64,000 nt of DNA from Entomortierella parvispora E1425 (Eukaryota; Fungi; Mortierellomycota), in NCBI GenBank assembly GCA_020891255.1, contig BQFW01000008.1, positions 3,100,001 through 3,164,000 on the forward strand. The letters run 5' to 3'. Below, piece after piece: positions 25,969 through 36,100 of this stretch. The notes beneath the pieces were generated by a model. That model saw only the letters and a list, made by a program, of their open reading frames with translations, was not told the DNA's origin and ran no database searches. Position numbers and translations under genes: made by a program. The stretch's first letter is position 1; each line of letters starts with the position of its first letter.

Positions 25969-26262
25969 GATGTCTTTATCTGCGAGGAGCGAGGCGGAGG
26001 GAAGCGTCTTCTTGAAGGGAAGGAAGGGAAGGAAAGACAGAGCAACGAAAAGAAGAGATGAAGATGAGCCGGTCAGTCAAGACATTTCTCATCTCCATCA
26101 GAGTCCATCCCCCGCTTTTGGCTCGCCTTGGGCAAAGTGGCTTCTTAAGGGTGCAACCCATGGACGCGACCCTTTCTTCCTTTCTTGTCAGTCTCTTTTT
26201 TGCGCGCACTCTTTTTTTTTTGGTCGGTTCCTTTGCATTCAGGACATCTGCCAGCTGCGACC

Positions 26263-28545
26263 ATGGACTTCACAGAGCCGTTCAAGCACTCCAACTTCCT
26301 CACCCTGTACTCGCCCAATGCAAAGTACCTGGCATCCTACCATCTTGTCCATGAGGGCTACACAAGGCTGCATCCATCCGCCGCCATTCACACCCAGGAG
26401 GACGGCGGACAAGGCGCGCTCGTCATTCGATTCGCCTCCACCTTGCAGATCATGCGCATAATCGACATTCGACTCTTCCGCGACTCTTTGCCCTCCATCA
26501 CTGAAATCGGCTGGGCTCCGGACTCGTCCATGATCCTCGCTGCTTCACCCGCCACGGGTACCGTCCTAGTATACTCTGTTGATCATGAAGAGTTTAAAGC
26601 GACCATCACCGTCCCGGGTATCGCCAACGGAAGCCCCAAATCCACTGGCAGCCAGTCGCCAAAGACCGGGAAAGGTCAGCAGGATCGAGCCACTGTCCTG
26701 AAAAAGATTCCTGGATATACACCAGTAGGCGCAGAATGCCAGCGAGGAATTCGATTCAGCGCAGACTCTCGACATATTTTGATTTGGGAGGCTCATCTCT
26801 TGCGCGTGTCGATTTGGTCCTTGGAGCGGTCCCCTACATCTATCTTGACTGTTCCCGAGGAAAGTGCTATGTCCGCCTCGGTTTCTCGGTCCATGATGAT
26901 GGAGCAGCCACTCAAAATGGTCATGGCGATCCAACACCCCAAGGAAATGCTACGGTCGTCCGTCACGTCCTTTTCTGTGCCACCACATAGCACCTTGGGA
27001 ACCACAGCAACCACAGCAATGGGACCAGGATCACAGTACATGTACAGTCTTCGAGCAGATTTACAATATCTTGCCATCGTGGAGCGGGACTCGCGCGAGT
27101 GCAAGGATATAGTGTCGATTTATGGGACGCAAAACTACTGGAGCAGACCAGACGCAATCCACAGTTTTTCAATATCAGAAGATGATAAGGCTGGTCAGCT
27201 TGCAGGAACAGGAGGCGGAGGCATCAAGGATGCAGAGGGGATTCTGTGGAGCCCTGACGGACGGTACTTGGCTTTATGGGAGAACCCAAATTTGGCATTC
27301 AGAGTGGCTATATATACCATGGATGGGCGCCGTCAAGGCTCTTACGAGGCGACAGAATTGAACGAAGCGGTGGATGCAGATGGAGCTCTTTCGTCCAATG
27401 TCAGTACTCTCGGCACAGGAATGGGCGTCAAGTCTGCCTGTTGGCATCCAGCCTCCAAGCTGCTGGCACTTGGAGGCTATGATCAAAAGGTAGGATTGAT
27501 AGATTTATTATCTCGGAAAGAACATGCCTCGCCAGTCGTTCCACCTGAATGATCAGCTAATGCTTTCATTACTCTTGGATAGATTCGATTACTGAACCAC
27601 CTTACATGGAAGTCGATTATGGAATTCCGCCACACAGCCTACATCAACTACGGAAACAAGACGGTAAGAAGTCGCCAAGTTGAACATGACCAAAACCCTA
27701 GTATGTCCAGTGGTCATGATATTTATTTTCTTGGTGTATTTCATTGTAGACACTTTGGCGGGAAGCAAACTCGACTGTCGAGGTGACAGGGTCCGTCCGG
27801 GTTCAAGGAGGAATAGAATGTAAGCTGTTGTATACATCTTTTCGACCCGTAGAGTTAGAGACATGGGCGCGGAGTAAATTTTTCCTATTGGACCTAACAC
27901 GCGGTATTTACTACTCTTCTATGATGCAGATGTCATGGTGGATCAGCCGGCCTGGATCCCAGCAACACGAGTCGATACCCAAAAACCAAATGCAAAACTC
28001 GGAGTTGGTTGGTGTGATTTCAACTGTGATGGATCGCTGCTGGCGTCGCGGAATGGTAAGGTTGCTGTATATGGATGGTGTTCTTCACGGTTGTCCAATA
28101 TGTAATTCTGACAACTTTCTTTCTTCTCCCGATTATTATTCCAGACAATATGCCAAATGTTTTATGGATCTGGTCCATGACTGAATTCCAGCCTGTGGCT
28201 ATTATACAGCAACAATCGCCGATCCGAGTCAGTCGCTGGGATCCAACATCACCTTCCCGGATTATCTGGTGCTGCGGGACCAACCAGGTGTATAGCTGGA
28301 GGTCGACACCTTATCCGGATATGGTCCGGGCGGGCAGTGTTATTACAGTTGCCGGAGGGATAGTAGAGTCGATTGAAGTGCCAGTCGAGGAATTTGAGGT
28401 CTCGTCCCTACGATGGTGCCCAGATGGCAAAGGGTTGCTGTTGCTTTCACGAGACCAATTTTGTTTAGGATTTCCAGTAGAAGAAGAGGAACAGCCACAA
28501 CCGGACTATGACCAAAATCAATCCCTTTTTTCTCGATTACGGTAG
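26263..28545 (+). CDS. WRAP73: WD40 protein WRAP73/WDR8 (centrosome / spindle pole body)
   Basis: N-terminal MDFTEPFK..., WSPDGRYLALWEN, LALGGYDQK.RLL..LTW, GVGWCDFNCDGSLLASRNDNMPNVLWIW and W.PDGK.LLL...D.FCL motifs, spread over several exons. Confidence 0.85.
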
Positions 28546-28880
28546 TTTCGTGGAGATGATAAAGTAAATCGAGTCAACAATCACTTGCCGGCAAGGGCGT
28601 TTCTTACTGGATTACTACCTTGTCTCGTTGTTCAGCGTCTTCTGCTACAGCCCTTCGGTCTATAATCCCATCCTTATGACTTCAGTTCAAAAGCCAGATA
28701 AGGATACTACAAGCGGCGCTGGGCGGAATGTGGGTTGAAGATGAAAGAGGGCAACAACGTCCCCATCACGGACATTTCACGGGCGGTGGCCACTTCTGTT
28801 TGCACGTGGAAGGTTGTCGACAATCCGTACAAGAGTGCTTCCACTGGTGATCAACACCACCAAGGACCTTGACGGCGATC

Positions 28881-28911
<31 letters not shown>

Positions 28912-29068
28912 GTATCATTGAGTTTTATTACTTTACATAAGACGTGCGAAAGGTATGCTTTTTTCGCAGGCAGAGTTTTTTTCTAAGAGAAGTGAGGGTA
29001 CGATTGAATGATGTTGACAGTGTGCAATGTTGAAATCGGATCGGATGTGGGGAAAAGAAGGATGCTGT

Positions 29069-29945
29069 CTATGCCTCGACTTTTGAGGGATCCAAGCGGG
29101 TCTCCTTTCCAAGAGCATCGTACCGCTTGATGATGTTTTGCTCATAGGGGTGGTCCTCGCCCTCAAAGACAAACAAGCGACCCAATCTTGGCTCGCGAAG
29201 TCTGTTCTTGGGCAACATGCCCGAGACGGCCTTGCGGATGATCGCATCGGGGTCCTTCTGCATCAAGTTCTCGAACGTGGTCTCCTTCAATCCACCAGGG
29301 TATCCAGAATGGTGTCTGTAGAGCTTATCCTGTGCCTTGGTGCCGGTCGTCTTGACGGCGCGAGCATTGATCACAACCACATAGTCTCCACAGTCGGCTA
29401 TCATAAAACAAAGGGAACCATCCAGCGGTTAGGAAATGGTGTTGCGATTTGAGGGAAAGGATAGATCAAAAGGTAGAATTGGTGTCCTGACTGAGCCTTT
29501 GGCTTCCGCTGTCTGTGTTGGTGTAAATGGTACATGTCCGGGGTCCAACAAGTTGTAGTGAATATATCTCCCCCAGACGAGTTTGCTCCGCATGCATGCA
29601 GGTCCATTCCATTCCCCGTTCCTGGTTCCATGTGCACTTGTCCTGATCAGGTCGAATTCATGAGCATAGGTTTGAACATTACAGGCAGGGTCATAGATAG
29701 GCTTGTGCTTTCCCATGAGAGTCTCAGCAATGCCGACAGACATGCGTCCGAGAACTCTTTGCTTGGCATCGACAAGGTGCCATACCCTGGCGTAGGCCAA
29801 TGCCGTCTATTGAAGGAGGAACAGGTGAAAGGAATGTCAGCCAAGTCCGGGTGTAGTGCAGAGAGGGTGCGGTGGGTCTTTGACGGGCGAGGCGGCTGAT
29901 CAGGGTGCAAGCATCGGCAGTTACCTTTCCAATGCTTTGAGACAT
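29069..29945 (-). CDS. MRPL13: Mitochondrial ribosomal protein uL13m (yeast MrpL23-like), 3 exons
   Basis: Spliced MSQSIGK|[21 protein letters not shown]...GKHKPIYDP|[11 protein letters not shown]...[12 protein letters not shown]...[12 protein letters not shown]. Confidence 0.95.
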
Positions 29946-30682
29946 GGTTGATGTGAGAGATGTGAGTGGAGCAAAGAGAACGGAAAAGAGAGAAGAGAAA
30001 GGAAGGAGAACAATGGACCATGCGAGTGCATTGAGCGGCACAGGGGGAATGATACGGCGGTGGCTTGTGCTGTTTATCGAGGTCCGCAATTTCTACATTG
30101 GATTTGTGCGTGGATCAACAAGTGTCGCCCCTTAAATATGTAGGATGGCAGATCGAAGTTCAAACGCGCACCAGTGGGCCTTGGAAGCCCCAATTCCAGG
30201 CTATGATATATTCTCACCAAACTGTTGCAAAGTCATTCCACTTGATAGCCAGCTTCTGCTACTGCTATCATTCTAGTATTTCGAGTTCAATGATAAGTCT
30301 CCGCTTGTCTTTTATGCTATCGAAGGGTTTGAGGTGTGAGTCGTTTGAGTTCGAGGTGAATTGGAGTGTGTTTTCAAGGGAAAGTGTTGGTCGGCTGGTT
30401 CTTGAAACTCGAGTGGCTGTTGGTTCAAGAGAGGCAAGCAGCGCTCTGCAGCACAGCACTGTTGTCATGACAATGACTACGAGTGCCCCTTTGCCACCAA
30501 TTTTGCATCCTCGGACAAATCACGTGTTTTTGGTGCATTGAGGGCAGAAGAGAAAGAATCAAGCCACTGGAAGTATTGTGCTTTGCACCTAAAAAAAAAT
30601 AAACTTGCAGATATCATGATGATAAAATATATATTCAATGAACAGTCACTCCGGTTAACTTAGAAATTTGGTGGGCTAAATG

Positions 30683-30910
30683 CACGTGACAAGACGGGCA
30701 CGTGAACATGGACGCAGGATAAATAAAATATCAGAAAGCGTAGGGGTGCATTTACTGACAAGGAGTTTCTGCGTGTAGTTCGAAAAAGCATGGGTACGTT
30801 CGTATTTGACTGGCATCCGTTTATTTGTAGTATAATTGCGAACTTTTTACGCATTCAGAAAGGGTAAAAAGATGAGAAACAGCTATTCGGACTGCAGTAT
30901 TTAAACTGCA
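30683..30910 (+). promoter_or_regulatory. Putative transposase promoter: two GCACGTGA E-boxes and a TATTTAAA box inside a 6-bp inverted repeat
   Basis: CACGTG at 30683 and 30699. TGCAGT-ATTTAA-ACTGCA at 30893-30910, about 40 nt before the ATG at 30949. Confidence 0.4.
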
Positions 30911-30948
30911 ACGTGCGTGTTGCTTCTCAAACATCACCCCACATCCCA

Positions 30949-31963
30949 ATGACCTTTTCAGACGATATTCGCTGGTGCGCCATTAAGCTCTACAATATAA
31001 TGGGCCTGCCCAGGTCTGCTGTGGCAGTGTTGCTAGGCATTTCGCAACACACGATCACGAAATGGTATCGTAAGTCAGCGTTGTTGAGTCGCGTCGCCTT
31101 CGCGTTTTTTTTTCTTATTCTTTTTTTTTTTTTTTTTTGGGAAATGGACAGGACATTTCAACAACACAGGGAACGTTCACATTGAACATACGCGCAAAAG
31201 CTCTTCTCGATGGCCACCAGATGTGTTGACTTTCGTCGAGTCATATACCAAAAACCATCCTTGCTTCTTCCTTGAGGAGCTGCAAGAGGAACTTTGGCGT
31301 GAATTTCCAGATCTGCAGAGTACATCCGTCTCCACAATTTGCCGTGCTTTACGAAATGATCTGAATCTCACAAGAAAAAAGTTGCAGAAGCGAGCACGCG
31401 AGTCAAATCCACAGGAAATCGAGTGGTTTCGACAAAACATGAAGGAACTGTACCTCTTTCCAGAGCGGCTTGTGTTTATTGATGAGACGAGCAAGGACGG
31501 ACGAGCGGCTTTGAGATCGTACGCCTATTCCACAGTCAATACGGCAGCTATTGTAAACGTTCCTTTCTCACGGGGGGTTCCTGTCTCTGCACTGGCTGCT
31601 TTTAACTACGGAGGTTTTCTTGCCTGGGAATTCACTACCGGAACATTCACACGGGAATCGTTTCATGATGCATTTGTCGACAAGATTCTACCCCACCTTC
31701 AACCTTACCCTCTACCAGTCATAGACAATGCTCGCATTCATATGTATAGCGAATTCCGGGAAGCAATCGAGGTTGGTTTCTCTCTAACCAAACGCTTCAT
31801 TGAAAAGAATGCAAATCTTGTTTATGCCGAGGCACCGGAAATCGTTCTAGACCTTGCATTCAAGGCATGTGCAAAAACATGGCCTATAACCATCAATTTG
31901 TTTTCGCACTGTGGCTATGACGCCGATGGACTGAAGGAGAGCATTGACTTTATTTACACTTGA
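30949..31963 (+). CDS. Tc1/mariner-IS630 family DDE transposase, 2 exons (30949-31069, 31152-31963), probably inactive
   Basis: N-terminal HTH (AVAVLLGISQHTITKWY), second HTH (FFLEELQEEL...SVSTICRALR..L.LTRKKL), and catalytic LVFIDET (D at 31481) and IDNARIH (D at 31724). The usual LPPYSPxLNP segment is absent before E.GFS. Confidence 0.88.
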
Positions 31964-31979
31964 TCCAGCCATAAACGTG

Positions 31980-32943
31980 TCAATCAGAATCTGCGTGATC
32001 AAGATCTTCCATATTCTCCCGCGGGCGAGGGAGAGCAGCCTGTTGTAGATGGACAAGGCCATTCAAGCCATGCTGTGGGAGGTTAAGAGCCGTCCGTAGG
32101 CTCTCCACATCCACAAGAAGAGAAACTATTGCGTCCCCAAGCTTTAATCGAATCCGTTTGAATTGTGCTCCATCAGCTTCTCGAGTTCGTCGCCGTCTAT
32201 CTTCCTGTGCTATTTGTGAATCTAAGTGCTGTGCTTGAACGAAAGTGGCGGTTGTTGGCATCTCTAGGCTCCTCTGGATCAGGCAATCGAGCATCTTGAG
32301 CAAGTCTCTGTGTAAACAAAAATCTTTGTAATTGGTCCTGGAGGTTGTATCTGTCCATCCTCGACTGCCTGTTGAATCCTCTGAACCGCCGCCGCTTTCC
32401 GTGATGCTGTTGCTCGCTGGATTGTCGATCCTGAGCCACCGCTGTTTCCTGAGGCATGAGTTTCGGGGTAGGTCAAATAAGCGAACAGATGGAAAACAAT
32501 CTGCCCCGGATCTACTCCACGCTTCCGCTCCATGCGCTATGCTCTTTCAATAGCTTCTTCATAGGTGTTCTCCTCCAAGATCTGGAAGAGCTTTGCTGAG
32601 GAGTGTTTGGATGGTTTGACATATGGACTGGCATCAGTTGGCCAGCGCATACCAGGTAGACGAGTCAGAATGGACCCTCGAATGCGCGCACAAATTTGAT
32701 GGTAGGAATCTCTCTTCCATTTGTGCTGCCATGGTGGCGGGTCAGGTAAATCACCGATGATTTTCCGATTGTGAGCAGCAAGAGCGGGTAGCTTCCGTAG
32801 ATTCAATTGAATGATGAGGTTCTCTGGAAGACCATCATCATCTGATTCGATATCACCTGTAGGGGATCGGGAGGATTTTTTTTTTTGTGTGGGGATCGGG
32901 AGGAAGAGTGCCGAGGGAAGGGGTATACAGTAGAGTCGAACAT
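31980..32943 (-). pseudogene. Accessory gene of the element (unknown family), disrupted
   Basis: Reading frame DIESDDDGLPENLIIQL...WQHKWKRDSYHQICARIRGSIL...EEAIERA*RMERKRG... has an in-frame TAG at 32537-32539 and a 1-nt frameshift near 32310-32320. It ends 17 bp from the transposase stop. The 5' exon is uncertain. Confidence 0.6.
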
Positions 32944-33110
32944 CGTTCAGATCACGTGTGTTTGAAGGTTTGGATGCGAGACTAGCCTACAGACGCGTCG
33001 CTCGCTCTTTGCTTTTCCCTGCTCCTCCGCCATTGCCCTTTGCCTTGTCTCTACCGCCTCTCCAATCACCAAAAGAACTCGTCTTGTCTTCATTCCCTAC
33101 CGCCAGCGTC

Positions 33111-36100
33111 ATGGATTACACCGACGCTGATGTCCTGGAAGACATCAATGAGACTCTTACCATCAACATGGAGATTCAGGACATTGACTTTGGACGCGAC
33201 ATCGCGGTATCCACAGAGGTATGACTTTGAATTCCAGTTTGCAATGGCGTTGATGCTGTTGGTATGGTTTCCATACCCTTACTCTTATTTATGCTCTTTC
33301 TTCCGATAGTTTTCTGTTTCATTCATCGATGATGATGAGTTTCTTGCTGAGGCAAACGCACGACTTTTAGCTGAACAGGATGACGAGCTTCAGCTACGCG
33401 TTGACTACATGATACAGGGTGCGGACGATGGACTGCCGCTTAACCAAAATGTCCGACAGACTTTGGATGTTCTCCACCATCGATACGGTCTGGTCGTAAG
33501 TACATGCTCGAGCTCCCTTTCTGCACTTGTTGCATCCGTCATGTCCCGAACATCGCTATCAGCCTTCCGAATTCAGACTCCCGGCGGCCCTGTCACTCTC
33601 CCTCCATCCCGATTGCTGTTGAGAAGGATCTCTCAAGCTGCACAGATCAAAATTGTTGTTGTGTCGACTCGCTGCAAGAAACTTGTGTTCGAGCCTGTTG
33701 GCGAGCCGAAAGCGCTGGTTGTCCTCGCCCACATCGCTGATTCGTTTCAGGGAGTCAATACCTACACCGCGTTGACTTGTTCAGTAACAAGTCCCAATCG
33801 AGATTTCCGTATGCCCTCCGTTCGACTTCCTCCTGTAATACCGACAGCAGAAAGGGCCACATATCGAGAGGCAAAACGATCAACAACTCGCGAGATAATC
33901 GAGTTCAGCGTCTTGGAAGCCGAAGAGAGTTTTCTTTCCGGTTGGTACGTTTTCTGGTTTACCCAAAGCTATGGTAATAATTCTAATATTAACCTTTGGA
34001 CATATTATACATAGTAAAACGACCTTGAAAAAGAGAATCAACGTCGCCGTGAACAAGGTCGTCAGCAAAACAAAAGGAAAGAAAAAAGGTCCTGTGGATA
34101 TCCGTGCCGCCTTGGAGAAGGAATACGTCGACTTCATCGATGCCGAGTGTAAACTCCAGCGGCTACCAAGAGGGCTCATGCAGGACGCCATATCAACTCT
34201 GGAAACATCCCTTGGAGTGGGAAAAGGTCGTATATCAAATAATGACTTTACGCTTCGTATGAGCATGGAACAGACACACACGGCATATCGCAACTTTATG
34301 AAGGAAAACGGCTGCCTGTTTTGGGATCATTCAGTTGAGAATAAGGACAAGAAACTCGAGCTTGAACCTGTCTCTAGTCAGTCCCATGTCCAAGAGATTC
34401 CCTCTCAGGTCAATGATATATCCAAGACCCAAGAAATCAGGATGTGCGATGCTCCTTTGCACAGGATCCTCCGTAAAGACTTTTGTAAGGACAACATAAC
34501 AAGGATCCAGGGAATCCTCGAGGAGAAACAAACGAGTATGTCAGACCACATGGATGAAATCCAAGTGGCAGTTTTGAAGGTGCACATGGAGGTAAGAAAT
34601 ACCTACTGTCGATGAGACAATCTACACATGCTTTTTGCTTCCAGCACTCACTGACATATCATCCACTATATGATAGGTGTTTCGTGGTTTGCTGCACGAG
34701 ACAGCAGAAGAGGTCGACATTTCTGACATTCTTCCTACAGATTTTGAAATCCGCGACGCTCGGATCAAAAATGATCGTATCCTCAAAGTTGCGAAGGGCA
34801 CCACGGTCTTTATCGAAGAGACTATCAAAACCGACTCTGATCTTCACAACCTATTCAATCAGAGTTGTCTAGAGCACCTAGCAGCAAAGCTCAGCCCTAC
34901 TTCATCGAGCTCTGAGCCCCCGCTAAAGAAACCAAGACTCGCTGGCGACGGAGATGCAGAGAGTCAAGGCGGGAGTGGATACGGAAAGCATCCAAAATGG
35001 GACAAGTTGGCTCACTGTATTCAACAGACTATGTATGCAACCGACAACATCAAGTGCCCTCACGGAATGTCTCGAACCAGAAATGAGATGCTCCGTGCTA
35101 TGGCTACCAACATCCACAACATCTGGAACGGATCAATATACAACGATCTGAAGAGAGCAGTCGTCCGCTGTCTTGTCCGAGTCTTTTTGCGACCTCTCAG
35201 TGAGGAGTGGTACCGGCAGTTCAAGAAAAAAAAAGCCAAGGAGAGACGAGAAAGGATCGCTGCTAAGCAAGGCAAGGCGAGAAAACGACAAAAGCGATCC
35301 TGGCAGAGAACTACATCTCTTATCAATCAACTGGATAGTACCATCGGCACCTGCGACAGGCGATGGTCGGGAGCTACTCTCTTTCTCTCTGATCCACAGA
35401 CTGGAGGTTGTCCACGTGTTACACGCGTCCAGACACTGATAGGATTGCTCAATCCGGCAGTTGCACCCCTATTATCGCCCTTTGCAGCTGTAGATGATGA
35501 GTACGAGGATGAGGCCTACATGGATATCGATGAGGATGATGACGATGATGCGGACATTTGGGAAGCAGATGACGCTGATGGCTTTGAAGAAGCAGTAGAG
35601 GCAGAAATGAGTATTGCGACACTGGGCCAGGCCATCGAGTCAACTGAAAAAGGTAACTTTAATGATTATACATATCGCTTCTATAAGAGATTAGAGAAAA
35701 ACATTGACACAGATTTTTTTGTCTATAGCGGCCGCTCGTAAAAAAGAACCCAAGTCAAAATACCTCAAGGGCATCGAGGCTTTAATTTGCAAGCTCATCG
35801 ATATGGCTTCGTTGCCAGACCTTATCAGTGAAGCAGAGATTCGCAACCATTTGTTCTCTGGCCAAAGTTTCAAGGACAACGAAATTCAGGTGGCGGTTCA
35901 CATCGTCAATGCGTTGCGTCCGTTTGCCCCAAAGAAGGATGCCTCTGGATCCATTCCTCATCATGTTCTCGCTACTGGCCCTTTCGCCTATCTGGCAAAT
36001 CATCTCTTGATCGCCATGGGGTTCAGCGAATTTTCCAGACAGCTATCCCCTGTCTCGTCAGCCGGAAAGCTCCTCCCTCTGCCACTGAATTCCACTGGGA

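Noticed and set aside
30065-30541. Short ORFs between uL13m and the element
   Set aside because: No motifs, no coherent splice structure, and overlapping frames on both strands. Likely promoter or intergenic sequence.
30540-30900. Terminal inverted repeats for the Tc1-like element
   Set aside because: Compared by eye with 38220-38570 and found no inverted match longer than chance CT/AG-rich similarity.
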